Under the pieces are notes generated by a model, which saw only the letters and a program-made list of their open reading frames with translations, made no database searches and was not told the origin of the DNA. Both the position numbers and the translations under genes were made by a program. A stretch of DNA of 64,000 nt from a bacterium (GTDB taxonomy: Bacteria > Patescibacteriota > Minisyncoccia > UBA6257 > HR35): the NCBI GenBank assembly GCA_041640295.1, contig JBEQAR010000004.1, positions 3,128-67,127 of the forward strand, given 5' to 3'. Shown here one piece after another: positions 11,984 to 22,454 of the stretch (position 1 is its first letter; each line of letters begins with the position of its first letter).

Positions 11984-13489
11984 ATGGAAATTACTCCTAT
12001 TGGTATTTCACATTTTAGAAGCAGAGAAATAAGATTCGGTATTAAGCGCGAAGACCGGCGCCGACATATGTATATTATTGGTAAAACAGGAAGCGGTAAA
12101 ACAACATTAATGGAAAATCTTGTTTTTTATGATATTAACTCAAACGAAGGATTAGCTTATTTAGACCCTCACGGCGACAGCATCTTAAGAATATTATCTT
12201 ATATTCCTAAAGAAAGAATAGAGCAGGTAATTTACTTTGATCCGTCTGATTTAAATTACCCTATCTCTTTTAATCCTTTAGAAAATGTTTCTTACGAAGC
12301 TCGACACATAATTGCTTCCAGCATTCTGTCAGTGATGAAAAAAATATGGGTTGATGCATGGTCAGCAAGAATGGAATATATTCTTTTAAACACTTTGTTA
12401 GCCTTATTAGAATACCCTAATGCTACATTATTGGATATTAACCGTTTATTAGGTGATGATAGCTTTAGGAGAAAAGTTGTTGATGGTTTAAAAGATCCTA
12501 TAGTAAAAAATTTTTGGGAAAAAGAATTCGCTCGTTACCATATGAATTTCCGCACTGAAGCTATTGCTCCAATCCAGAATAAAGTTGGTCAATTTATTTC
12601 TAGTCCTTTAATTAGAAATATTATTGGTCAAGAAAAAAGTTCATTTGATTTAAGAAAGGTGATGGATGAAAAGAAAATATTTTTAGCTAATTTATCTAAG
12701 GGTAAATTAGGTGAAGAAAATTCAATGCTTTTAGGAGGATTGTTGATTACTAAATTCCAATTAACAGCAATGAGTCGCGTTGATATACCCGAAGAGGAAA
12801 GAAATGATTTTTATCTTTATATTGACGAATTTCAAAATTTTGCTACCGAATCGTTCGTTAATATTCTTTCTGAAGCGAGAAAATATAGATTAAACTTAAT
12901 TTTAGCCCATCAATATTTGGATCAAGTTCCAGAAAGTATTATTAAAGCTGTTTTTGGTAATGTAGGTAATATGATTGTTTTTAGATGTGGAAGTTTAGAT
13001 GCAGAAATTTTAAGTAAAGAATTTGTTGAAATCCAACCCTATGAATTTATTAATTTACCCAAATATCATATTTATGCTAGGTTGGTTGTTGATGGAATTG
13101 TAACTCGTCCTTTTATGGGAATTACTTATCCACCGAGACCTTTACCAGAAATTGATTACACTGATGAAATAATTAAAATTTCCCGATTAAAGTATGCTCA
13201 AAATAGAAAAATAGTAGAAAGTAAAATTTTCGCTAAATATCAGGAAGCAAGAACAGAGAAAATGAAGCTGAGAGAGTGTAGTCAGTGTCATCAGGAATTT
13301 TGGGTAGATGAAAAATCAGATAAGAATATTTGTTATGAATGCGAAGAAAAATCAATTGGGATAAATATTTCCTCCTTAAGTTCTAAAAATTTAAATGTTT
13401 ATTTTAAAAATACAACCAAAATGATTGCTGAAGAAGAAAGTGATGAAAAAATTGTCGATCAATTATTAAAAAGATTGCTTAATGAATAA
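11984..13489 (+). CDS. TraD/VirD4/TrwB-like P-loop ATPase (type IV coupling-protein-like) with C-terminal Zn-ribbon
   Basis: Walker A IIGKTGSGKTT, Walker B LYIDEFQNF, ILAHQYLDQ. No N-terminal TM helices. C-terminal CxxC...CxxC (CSQCHQ...CYEC). Confidence 0.6.
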   Translation: MEITPIGISHFRSREIRFGIKREDRRRHMYIIGKTGSGKTTLMENLVFYDINSNEGLAYLDPHGDSILRILSYIPKERIEQVIYFDPSDLNYPISFNPLENVSYEARHIIASSILSVMKKIWVDAWSARMEYILLNTLLALLEYPNATLLDINRLLGDDSFRRKVVDGLKDPIVKNFWEKEFARYHMNFRTEAIAPIQNKVGQFISSPLIRNIIGQEKSSFDLRKVMDEKKIFLANLSKGKLGEENSMLLGGLLITKFQLTAMSRVDIPEEERNDFYLYIDEFQNFATESFVNILSEARKYRLNLILAHQYLDQVPESIIKAVFGNVGNMIVFRCGSLDAEILSKEFVEIQPYEFINLPKYHIYARLVVDGIVTRPFMGITYPPRPLPEIDYTDEIIKISRLKYAQNRKIVESKIFAKYQEARTEKMKLRECSQCHQEFWVDEKSDKNICYECEEKSIGINISSLSSKNLNVYFKNTTKMIAEEESDEKIVDQLLKRLLNE

Positions 13490-14045
13490 AATAAAAATTA
13501 AAAATTTAACCGAGGGAGATATTATAAAATTAGAGAATGATTTTTGGAAAATTTTAGATTTAAAACATAGTCATTTAGGTAGAGGAGGAGCGAATATTCA
13601 AATTAAACTTAAGAATATAATTAATAATACTACAATTAGTAAAAATTTTAGTCCAGACGAAAATGTTGAATTAGTAGAAATTGAGGAAAAACCAATTAAG
13701 TTTGTTTATCAAAAAGATAATTTTTATTATTTTTTTGATAATCAAAATAAAAAATATCAATTAAGTAAAAATACTTTAGGTAATAAAGCAAACTTTGTAA
13801 AAAAAGATTTAGAAATCAAAGGATTATTTCTTGATGATCATTTGATTAATATTATCTTACCAGTTAAAGCTAAATATTTAGTAACTGAAGCACCACCTGG
13901 ATTAAAGGGTGACTCTCAAAAAAACAATACCAAAACAGTAACTATCGAAACCGGTTATCAATTAAGTGTACCGCTTTTTATTGATGCAGGAGATTATATT
14001 ATTATTAATACCGAAACAGGAGAATATGTTGAGCGAGCAAAATAA
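13482..14045 (+). CDS. efp: Elongation factor P
   Basis: 187 aa. KPGKG-like region GRGGANIQIKLKN. OB-domain pattern. Overlaps upstream ORF by 8 nt. Confidence 0.88.
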   Translation: MNKIKIKNLTEGDIIKLENDFWKILDLKHSHLGRGGANIQIKLKNIINNTTISKNFSPDENVELVEIEEKPIKFVYQKDNFYYFFDNQNKKYQLSKNTLGNKANFVKKDLEIKGLFLDDHLINIILPVKAKYLVTEAPPGLKGDSQKNNTKTVTIETGYQLSVPLFIDAGDYIIINTETGEYVERAK

Positions 14046-14060
14046 AATTTAATTTTTAAT

Positions 14061-15035
14061 TTATCTCAAACCAACTTTTGAAAGAATAATTTTTAAATTT
14101 TTATTAGCAATTCTGTTAATTTTAACTGCTGATTGTTGAAATATTTTATTTACTTGTTGATTGGTGATCTTATTTTTCTTTTTTCTAGCTTCTTGAAAAT
14201 AATTCATAAATTCTTCATAAATAGCTAATTTAAATTCATAATAACTTTTGTTTTTAAATAATTCTTCTATTTCCGGATAAGTTTTTTTTGATAAATATTT
14301 ATAAATAGTCATTAAATTGCTAATCCCTGGTTTTTTAATTGGGTCATAAATTATTTCTTTTCCTGAATCAGTAACAGCTGATAAAATTTTTTCTTTAATT
14401 TCTTTTGCTGGAGCAAATATTTCTAAACAGCCTTTAGGTAGTGATTTTGACATTTTCTTTGTTGGATCAGTTAAACTCATAATTTTAGCTGTTTCTTGAT
14501 GGAGATAAATTTCCGGAATTTTTATTTTAAGATTAAATCTTTTATTTAATCGCCGGGCTAATTCTCGAGCAAGTTCCAAATGCTGTCGCTGATCTTCACC
14601 TACTGGTACCAAATCAGCATTATAAATCAAAATATCAGCAGCCATTAAAACAGGATAGAGTAAAATACCAGCACCCACCCCTTCTTTTTTATATCGTTCG
14701 CTTTGTTCTTTGAATTCATGCATTCTTGTTAATTCACCTAAATAACAAATAGTTGAAAGTATCCAAAATAAATAAAGATGAGCTGGTATATCTGATTGTC
14801 TGAAAATAATTGTTTTTTGCGGATTAATACCCAAGGCAATTAAAGATTTAGTTAAATCATAAGTTAACAATCTTAATTGTTTAGGTGAATAAGGTACAGT
14901 TTGGGCATGTAAATCAGCAATCATCAAAAATACTTCATATTTTTCTTGCATAGCCACAAGTTCTTTAATTACTGAAAGATAATTACCTAACTGAATTTCT
15001 CCTGTTGGTTTAATGCCGGTTAATATCCTTTTCAT
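14061..15035 (-). CDS. trpS: Tryptophanyl-tRNA synthetase
   Basis: 324 aa class I aaRS. TGIKPTGEIQLGNY (HIGH-region equivalent) and KMSKS motif. Confidence 0.85.
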   Translation of the reverse strand: MKRILTGIKPTGEIQLGNYLSVIKELVAMQEKYEVFLMIADLHAQTVPYSPKQLRLLTYDLTKSLIALGINPQKTIIFRQSDIPAHLYLFWILSTICYLGELTRMHEFKEQSERYKKEGVGAGILLYPVLMAADILIYNADLVPVGEDQRQHLELARELARRLNKRFNLKIKIPEIYLHQETAKIMSLTDPTKKMSKSLPKGCLEIFAPAKEIKEKILSAVTDSGKEIIYDPIKKPGISNLMTIYKYLSKKTYPEIEELFKNKSYYEFKLAIYEEFMNYFQEARKKKNKITNQQVNKIFQQSAVKINRIANKNLKIILSKVGLR

Positions 15036-16492
15036 TTTAGGAAATTTTTTATTAATTGATTAAATTTTTCACCGCGATCAAATTCATTTTTAAATTTTTC
15101 AAAAGATGCTGCTGCTGGTGAAAACAAGATAATATTTTTTTTATTTTTCTTAACTAATTGTAATGCCCTTTGGGTACATTCAGATAGATTATTAAAAATT
15201 TGGCTTTCATCTAAATTATATTTTAATTTTTTTAATTCGGCGATAATTTTATTAGAAGCGCTCCCCTGAAGAATAATTAAGTTTTTATTTTTAATTTTTT
15301 GCTTGATAAGAGTGGATAATTCTTGATAATCTAAATTTTTATCAGTACCACCAATAATTAATATTAAGTTAATATTTTTTTTAAAAAATCTATTAATAGC
15401 TTCAAGAGTAGCTTGAGGAGCAGTACTAGCCGAATCATTAATAATAATTAAATTTTTATTTTTGTAAATCAACTCTTGCCTAAAAGAAGGAAATGATAAA
15501 ATTTTGTAGACATCTTTCAGCCTATTTTTATTTAATTTAATTCCTTTGTATTCAGAAAAAATTATTAAAGTTAATAGAGCAATCATTAAATTACTAAGAT
15601 TATGCTTACCTATATTTTTTATTATTTTTTTTATATTCAAATTAATTTTACTTTCCGAATAAGCATTTCTAAATAATAAATAATTATTTTTGATAAACAA
15701 ACCATTAAGCAACGATGGTAATTCTTTAAAAGAAATAAAATAAATTTTACTCTTTGGTTTAAGACTTAAGAAATACTTTATCCACGGGTTATCATAATTA
15801 AGAATTAAAAAATCATCTTTGTTTTGATTGCTAAATATTTTTGCTTTAATTTTTGCATACTCCTCCATATTTTGATAGCGATTTAAATGATCTTCATAGA
15901 TATTAGTAATGATGGCAATTTTGGGCGCTTTAAGGTTTTTTTGGTAAAATTCTAATTGAAAGGAAGAAAGTTCTAAAATAGAAATCGAATTTGGTGTAGT
16001 TTTATCAATAATTTTTAATAAACTTTTATCTGGTTGATTGCCGGCTAAAAAAATTTTTTTTGAAATAAAATTTTTGAATAATTGATAAATTAAATAAGTA
16101 GTTGTTGTTTTGCCCCTGGTGCCAGTTAAAGCAATTAGTTCACCTTGGCTATTTTTAAAAAATAAATAACAATCGTTAATAACTAATTTGCCTCTTTTTA
16201 GTGCATATCGAACAAATTCATTTTTATAACTGATTGCTGGATTAACTACAACTATATTTGACCAATCAAAATCTTCTTTGCGATGTTTGCCTAAGATATA
16301 AACAATTTTTTTATCATAATTATATTTTTGAGCGATCCTGTTTATTTTTTTAATTTCTTGATCTAATTTATCTTTCGTTTTTAAATCAGTGATTCTTAAA
16401 ATCGCTCTATGCTTAATAAAATATTCTACTGAGGCTAAACCACCTCCCAAAATTCCTAAACCAAAAATTAAGACCTTTTTATTTTTAAACAT
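15032..16492 (-). CDS. murD: UDP-N-acetylmuramoylalanine--D-glutamate ligase (Mur ligase family)
   Basis: N-terminal Rossmann GLGILGGG. Mur ligase ATP site LTGTRGKTTTT. 486 aa. Confidence 0.75.
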   Translation of the reverse strand: MFKNKKVLIFGLGILGGGLASVEYFIKHRAILRITDLKTKDKLDQEIKKINRIAQKYNYDKKIVYILGKHRKEDFDWSNIVVVNPAISYKNEFVRYALKRGKLVINDCYLFFKNSQGELIALTGTRGKTTTTYLIYQLFKNFISKKIFLAGNQPDKSLLKIIDKTTPNSISILELSSFQLEFYQKNLKAPKIAIITNIYEDHLNRYQNMEEYAKIKAKIFSNQNKDDFLILNYDNPWIKYFLSLKPKSKIYFISFKELPSLLNGLFIKNNYLLFRNAYSESKINLNIKKIIKNIGKHNLSNLMIALLTLIIFSEYKGIKLNKNRLKDVYKILSFPSFRQELIYKNKNLIIINDSASTAPQATLEAINRFFKKNINLILIIGGTDKNLDYQELSTLIKQKIKNKNLIILQGSASNKIIAELKKLKYNLDESQIFNNLSECTQRALQLVKKNKKNIILFSPAAASFEKFKNEFDRGEKFNQLIKNFLK

Positions 16493-16523
16493 TTTTTTAA
16501 TTTAAAATTATTATAATCACAAA

Positions 16524-16910
16524 ATGTATAAATTTTTACCACATACCGCTGATATAAAATTTAAAATAATTTCTAAGGATTTTTTTAACTTGGTAAAGGA
16601 ATCGCTTAAAGCAATAAATTTTTATCTAAAGCCCAAAATAATAAAAAATCAAAAGCCTAAAAAAGTTATTTTAAAAAGAGAATTAACCGAAAATATCAAC
16701 TCGTTAATTGATTTTTTAAATGAGATTTTAGCGTTAACTTATACTCAAAAAATGGTCTTTAGCTTGATTAAAATAGATAAAAAAGAAATCCATTTATTAG
16801 GTTATGCTTTTGAAAAGTTAAAAAAAGAAATTAAAGCTTTTACTTATCATCAAGCCCAACTCGGAAAAGAGGAAAATAAAATAACCTTCGAATTTATTGC
16901 CGATATTTAA
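16524..16910 (+). CDS. Archease-like protein
   Basis: N-terminal F-x-HTADI motif and C-terminal KAFTYHQAQL...FEFIADI, matching the archease family signature. Confidence 0.6.
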   Translation: MYKFLPHTADIKFKIISKDFFNLVKESLKAINFYLKPKIIKNQKPKKVILKRELTENINSLIDFLNEILALTYTQKMVFSLIKIDKKEIHLLGYAFEKLKKEIKAFTYHQAQLGKEENKITFEFIADI

Positions 16911-16915
16911 AAGAG

Positions 16916-17197
16916 TTATTTTATTGGTTCAACATTAACTACTTTAATCCACCTCTCTTTTTGGTTAAAGCCAAGTTTTCTTTTAGTCTTAAATACTACT
17001 CTGCCAAAAATTTTTGAATGAATAGTATAATCTTTACCTAAAAAAGTATTTTCTCCTGGATAATATTTTGTTCCTCTTTGGCGAACAATTATTTCTCCTG
17101 GCTTAACAATTTGACCACCAAATCTTTTAACTCCTAATCTTTTACTAATTGAATCTCGGGTTGATTTTGCTGCACCTGAAGCTTTTTTCTCAGCCAT
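16916..17197 (-). CDS. rpmA: 50S ribosomal protein L27
   Basis: [16 protein letters not shown]...KRFGGQ...VRQRGTK. Confidence 0.92.
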   Translation of the reverse strand: MAEKKASGAAKSTRDSISKRLGVKRFGGQIVKPGEIIVRQRGTKYYPGENTFLGKDYTIHSKIFGRVVFKTKRKLGFNQKERWIKVVNVEPIK

Positions 17198-17230
17198 AAC
17201 AAAAATAATTATAAATTATTTAACATTTAA

Positions 17231-17821
17231 TTACAACCTCAAAAAACTTCTTCGATGATATTGAGAAAGTCCGTATTTTTTAATTTTTTTAAAATGATTA
17301 TATGTTCCATAACCCTTATTTTTTTCAAACTCGTAATTATTTATTTTTTTAGCTAATTTTTCCATATAACTATCTCTTAGAACTTTGGAAATAATAGAAA
17401 TTGCTCCTATAGATATTAGCAAACTATCGCCATTAACTAAAAATTTCACATTTTTTATTTTATTTTTTAAATATTTTATTTCCTTACCGTCAATTAAAAC
17501 AAAATCTGGCTTGAAAAAGCGATAAAGTTCAATAACACCCCGATTAAAACATTGACCAATTCCGTATTTATCGATTTTTTTATTAGAAAATTTCACTATT
17601 TTATAAGATAAATTAAGTTTCTGAATTAATTGGAAAATTATTTTTCTTTTCAAAGGATTTAATTTTTTTGAATCAGTAATTGAAATTTCTTTTAGTTCTT
17701 TAAATTGTTTAAAATTTAAAAGCAATCCACCAACATACAAAGGTCCAGCCAAACTTCCTCGTCCAACTTCATCAATAGCTAATATTTTTTTATACCCACT
17801 TTTAAATAACCTTTCTTCCAT
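17231..17821 (-). CDS. rnhB: Ribonuclease HII
   Basis: ILAIDEVGRGSLAGPL active-site motif. 196 aa. Confidence 0.85.
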   Translation of the reverse strand: MEERLFKSGYKKILAIDEVGRGSLAGPLYVGGLLLNFKQFKELKEISITDSKKLNPLKRKIIFQLIQKLNLSYKIVKFSNKKIDKYGIGQCFNRGVIELYRFFKPDFVLIDGKEIKYLKNKIKNVKFLVNGDSLLISIGAISIISKVLRDSYMEKLAKKINNYEFEKNKGYGTYNHFKKIKKYGLSQYHRRSFLRL

Positions 17822-17874
17822 TATTTACATCAAGTTAAATTTGAGTATAATATTTAAATTATAAAACTTCAAAA

Positions 17875-20800
17875 ATGAAATTTACTCATCTCCATGTTCA
17901 TACTAATTATAGTTTATTAGATGGATTAGCTAAAATTGACTTATTGATTAAAAGAGCAAAAGAATTAAATTACGATTCATTAGCAATTACTGATCACGGA
18001 AATCTTTATGGAGCAATTGAATTCTATAAATTATGTAAAAAGAATAATATTAAACCAATTATTGGTGTTGAAGCTTATTTAGCCCCACGAACTATTAATG
18101 ATCGAGTTTACCGAATTGATTCAAAGAGCTACCATTTAATATTATTAGCAAAAAATTATCAAGGTTATAAGAATTTAATTAAACTAATGACTATTGCCCA
18201 CTTAGATGGTTTTTACTATAAACCAAGAATTGACAAGCATCTTTTAGCTCAATACAGCGAAGGATTAATAATTTTATCTGGTTGCTTAAACGGTGAAATA
18301 GTTAGACTTTTATTAAATAATGATTATCAACAAGCAAAAAAAATAGTTTATCAATATTTCGATATAGTTGGCAAAGAAAATTTTTATTTAGAAATACAGA
18401 AACATCCCAACATTCAAGAAAGTTTAAGAGTTTACCCGCTTTTAAAAAAATTAGCTCAAGAGACTTCAGCTCCTTTAGTTGCTACTTATGATGTTCATTA
18501 TATTTATAAAGAAGATAGAGATATTCACGATGTTTTTTTAGCTATTCAAACAGGGAAAGATATTGAGGAAAAGGATAGATTAACTATGAAAGATGATTAT
18601 TTTCATTTAGCTAGTCAGGAAGAAGTTTTCGAGCTATTTCAAGATTTACCAGAAGCAATTGAAAATACACAAAAAATAGTAGCTGAATGTAATTTAGATA
18701 TTGAATTAGGTAAAATTAACCCACCCCTATACCAGCCACCCGATAACAATTCAGCCGATGATTATCTTAAAAAATTGTGTTATGATAAACTAAAAACAAA
18801 AAATTTAAATAAAAAAGATTATCAACAACGATTAGATTATGAGTTAGAAATTATTAAAAAAACAGGATTTTCTTCTTATTTTTTGATTGTACAAGATTTT
18901 GTTAATTGGGCAAAAAATAATGGTATAAAAGTTGGTCCAGGAAGAGGATCAGCTGCTGGAAGTTTAGTTTCTTATCTTTTAGGTATTACAGAAATTGATC
19001 CAATCAAATATGGTCTTATTTTTGAAAGATTTTTAACTCCAGAGAGGGTATCTTTTCCTGATATTGATGTTGATTTTTCTGATATTAAAAGAGATGAAGT
19101 TTTGAATTATCTTATTAATAAATACGGAAAAGATAAAGTAGCTCAAATTTCTACATTTGGTAAAATGGGAGCCCGAGCAGCAGTAAGAGATGCTGGTAGA
19201 GCTTTAGGATTACCTTATGCTTTTTGTGATAAAATTGCTAAATTAATTGGTTCTAATAGTACCATAGAAGAAGCATTAGAATCCGAAGAATTGTTTTCTA
19301 TTTATAGCAAAGATGAGCAAGCTAAAATACTTCTGGAGACTGCTCAAAAATTAGAAGGTACAGTAAGACATATTTCAGTTCATGCCTCAGGAGTAGTAAT
19401 TACCCCATTGCCCTTGGTAGAATATTTGCCCCTTCAATATGCACCTCAAGAAAAAAGAATTATTACTCAATACGATATGTATGCTGTAGAAGATTTAGGT
19501 TTACTGAAATTAGATCTTTTAGGTTTAAGAACTCTTTCTGAAATAGAAACTACAATTAATTTAGTTAAACAAAGAAGAGGAATAGAAGTTAATTTAGACT
19601 ATGAAAATTTAGATGATCCAAGGGTTTATGAAATTTATCGTCAAGGGCGAACATTGGGGGTTTTTCAGGTAGAAAGTAAGGGGATGACTGATTATTTCAA
19701 AAAACTTAATCCTAATAATATTAATGATATCAATGCAATGATTGCTCTTTATCGCCCAGGACCGGTAGAATTAATACCAAGTTATATTAAAAGAAAAAAT
19801 AATCAAGAAAAAGTTACATATTTACATCCCCTACTTAAAGATATATTAGAAGAAACATACGGGATAGCTGTTTACCAGGAACAATTAATGAAAATTGCCC
19901 AAGTTTTGGCAGGTTTTTCTTTAAGCGAAGCTGATGTTTTAAGAAAAGCAATTGGTAAAAAAATTAGTCATCTTTTAGAAGAACAAAAAAATAAAATGAT
20001 TGAAGGGATGATTAAAAATGGGATTGATCAAGAAACCGCGCAAAAAATTTGGAGCTGGTACGAACCATTTGCTCGATACGGTTTTAATAAAAGTCATAGT
20101 ATTTCCTATGCTTTAATTTCTTATCAAACAGCTTATTTAAAAGCCTATTTTACTATCGAATTTTTAAATTCTTTATTTATTCACGAAGGAAATGATATTG
20201 AAAGAATTAAAGAACTTTTTGAAGAGGCTAAAAGATGGAAAATAAAAATCTTACCACCAGATATAAACGAAAGCTTCGAAACCTTTACTATTGTTGACGA
20301 TCATACTATTAGATTTGGTCTTTCTTCGATTAAAAATGTAGGTGAAAGATTAACACAAGAAATAATTCAAGAAAGATTAACCAATGGCCCATATTCAAGT
20401 TTTTCTAATTTTATTAATAGAGCTAAAAAATTTAAAGATCTTAATCGTAAATCATTAGAAAGTTTAATAAAAGTAGGTACCTTTGATAGCTTGATTAGTC
20501 GAGATTTATTGTACTACAACATAGATGAAATTATTGAATTCATTAATAAAACCAAAAATTTTGTTTATAATGGTAATCGTCTTTTCGGTGGAGAACCAGA
20601 AATTATTCTTAAAGAAAAAGCAAAATTATCTCCTTTTGAAAAATTAAAATGGGAAAAAGAATTATTAGGAGTTTATCTTTCTGGTCATCCTTTAAATTTT
20701 GTTAAAACTAATGGGTATAACAAGATTTTCGAAGTTAAAAAATATAAAGAAAATTTAAAAGTAAAAATTTTAGGAGTAATTAATTCAATGAAAAGAGTGA

Positions 20801-20991
20801 TAACCAAAAATAATGAAACTATGATTTATTTAGATATTGAAGATCAAACAGATAATATAGAAATTATTGTTTTTCCTAATGTTTATAAAGAAACTAAAAT
20901 TTTATGGTCAGAAAATAAAATCGTTGCTGTTATTGGCGAATATCGAAACCAAAACCAAATAATAGCTGAAAAAATTATTGAATTAAGATGA
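17875..20991 (+). CDS. dnaE: DNA polymerase III alpha subunit
   Basis: N-terminal PHP domain HLHVHTNYSLLDG. 1038 aa. Polymerase core motifs and C-terminal OB region. Confidence 0.93.
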   Translation: MKFTHLHVHTNYSLLDGLAKIDLLIKRAKELNYDSLAITDHGNLYGAIEFYKLCKKNNIKPIIGVEAYLAPRTINDRVYRIDSKSYHLILLAKNYQGYKNLIKLMTIAHLDGFYYKPRIDKHLLAQYSEGLIILSGCLNGEIVRLLLNNDYQQAKKIVYQYFDIVGKENFYLEIQKHPNIQESLRVYPLLKKLAQETSAPLVATYDVHYIYKEDRDIHDVFLAIQTGKDIEEKDRLTMKDDYFHLASQEEVFELFQDLPEAIENTQKIVAECNLDIELGKINPPLYQPPDNNSADDYLKKLCYDKLKTKNLNKKDYQQRLDYELEIIKKTGFSSYFLIVQDFVNWAKNNGIKVGPGRGSAAGSLVSYLLGITEIDPIKYGLIFERFLTPERVSFPDIDVDFSDIKRDEVLNYLINKYGKDKVAQISTFGKMGARAAVRDAGRALGLPYAFCDKIAKLIGSNSTIEEALESEELFSIYSKDEQAKILLETAQKLEGTVRHISVHASGVVITPLPLVEYLPLQYAPQEKRIITQYDMYAVEDLGLLKLDLLGLRTLSEIETTINLVKQRRGIEVNLDYENLDDPRVYEIYRQGRTLGVFQVESKGMTDYFKKLNPNNINDINAMIALYRPGPVELIPSYIKRKNNQEKVTYLHPLLKDILEETYGIAVYQEQLMKIAQVLAGFSLSEADVLRKAIGKKISHLLEEQKNKMIEGMIKNGIDQETAQKIWSWYEPFARYGFNKSHSISYALISYQTAYLKAYFTIEFLNSLFIHEGNDIERIKELFEEAKRWKIKILPPDINESFETFTIVDDHTIRFGLSSIKNVGERLTQEIIQERLTNGPYSSFSNFINRAKKFKDLNRKSLESLIKVGTFDSLISRDLLYYNIDEIIEFINKTKNFVYNGNRLFGGEPEIILKEKAKLSPFEKLKWEKELLGVYLSGHPLNFVKTNGYNKIFEVKKYKENLKVKILGVINSMKRVITKNNETMIYLDIEDQTDNIEIIVFPNVYKETKILWSENKIVAVIGEYRNQNQIIAEKIIELR

Positions 20992-21548
20992 AAAAACGAC
21001 TATTTTTTGCCTTTCCGATTACTTATGGATTATATCCTAAAATTAGTCAATTAGAAAAAGAGATTAGTAAGAAATTAAAAATCAATTGGTTGCCGATTGA
21101 AAACCTTCATTTAACTTTATTATTTTTAGGTTGGTTAGATGTTAATGATATCGTTAGGATTATTGAAATTTTTGAAAAATCAGTTAAAGAAAACCAAGAT
21201 ATTTTTAGTACTTTAAAAATTAAAATCACTAAAGTTGATTACGGACCGCCAGGTAAAAATCGGATGATCTGGTTGTATTTAGAAAAAAATGCTCAATTAA
21301 TAGAAATGAAAAAGATATTAGAAAACAATCTTTCTCAAAATCAAATAGTTTATCAGAAAGAAGAAAGAGAATTACTGCCCCATATTAATTTAGCTCGGCT
21401 AAAATATAGTTATAACTTACCTGAAATTAAAAAAGAACTTCATTGGGGAATAATTTTGAATAAGCTTAATCTTTTTGAGAGTCAATTAGAAAAACCATTC
21501 GCACGTTATGAAGTTTTATCATCAGTAAGGTTATTTTCTAATACTTGA
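20988..21548 (+). CDS. thpR: RNA 2',3'-cyclic phosphodiesterase / 2'-5' RNA ligase (LigT/2H family)
   Basis: Two H-x-T/S motifs (LHLTLLFLG and HINLARL). 186 aa. Confidence 0.75.
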   Translation: MKKRLFFAFPITYGLYPKISQLEKEISKKLKINWLPIENLHLTLLFLGWLDVNDIVRIIEIFEKSVKENQDIFSTLKIKITKVDYGPPGKNRMIWLYLEKNAQLIEMKKILENNLSQNQIVYQKEERELLPHINLARLKYSYNLPEIKKELHWGIILNKLNLFESQLEKPFARYEVLSSVRLFSNT

Positions 21549-21871
21549 TTAGATTGATTTTCTTTAATATTTTTTAGATTCATTAAATGTTTTTCTGTCC
21601 ATACCTGTAATTTAAGAGATTCAGTTTTGAAGCGCTGAAGTATTTTAATTAATAAATTGACTATAAAACTTATTATTGATTGATATAGTTTAGTAATTTG
21701 AACATAACTTCTCACCTTTCTTTCGTAGTGATAAAACTTAAGATAGTCTTTAGGTAAAACCTTAATTCTTTTAAGTTTTGTTCTTAAATAACCAATAATG
21801 ATTACTAAAATAAAGATAGCCAATAATGGAGAAAGATAATAAAAATATTCTAAATAAAAATTTTTAATCAT
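21506..21871 (-). CDS. Hypothetical membrane protein
   Basis: One predicted TM helix near the N-terminus. Sits in the gap upstream of tsf on the same strand. No recognisable domain. Confidence 0.35.
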   Translation of the reverse strand: MIKNFYLEYFYYLSPLLAIFILVIIIGYLRTKLKRIKVLPKDYLKFYHYERKVRSYVQITKLYQSIISFIVNLLIKILQRFKTESLKLQVWTEKHLMNLKNIKENQSNQVLENNLTDDKTS

Positions 21872-22454
21872 TAATATCTAATCTGACAAATCTTTTAATT
21901 TCAATTTTCTCTCCAAATTTATTAACTGCTTGATGAATTAAATCTTTTATTTTAAGATCTTCATTTTTAAAATATCTTTGCTCAACTAAACAAATCTCTT
22001 CATACCATTTTTGCATTTTACTCTCAATAATTTTTTTTCTCACATCCTCAGTTTTTTCTTTAAATTCTTTTTCTAATTCTTCAATTTTTGATTGTTTAAT
22101 TTCATCAGGAATTTGATCAGGAGAAATATACAAAGGTCTCATCGTAGCCACCTGAAGAGCAATTTCATGAGCTAATTTTTTGAATTCTTCATTTTTAGCA
22201 ACAAAATCAGTTTCTGACCTTAATTCTACTAAAGCCCCTACACGTCCGTTGAAATGAATATAACCTTCAATAATGCCAAAACCAGTTTTTTTATCTTCCT
22301 TTTTACTAATAAGAGTTTCCCCTTTTTTGATAATATAATCTTTAGCTAAATTTAAATCATATTGACTTTGTTCTAAAGCTTCTTTACATAAATTAATGGG
22401 CGCACCTGTTTCTTCTCTTAATTTTTTTATTTTTTCTATTAAATCTTGGTTCAT
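21864..22454 (-). CDS. tsf: Elongation factor Ts
   Basis: N-terminal UBA-like motif IKKLREETGAPINLCKEAL. Downstream of rpsB as in the canonical rpsB-tsf operon. Confidence 0.85.
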   Translation of the reverse strand: MNQDLIEKIKKLREETGAPINLCKEALEQSQYDLNLAKDYIIKKGETLISKKEDKKTGFGIIEGYIHFNGRVGALVELRSETDFVAKNEEFKKLAHEIALQVATMRPLYISPDQIPDEIKQSKIEELEKEFKEKTEDVRKKIIESKMQKWYEEICLVEQRYFKNEDLKIKDLIHQAVNKFGEKIEIKRFVRLDIND

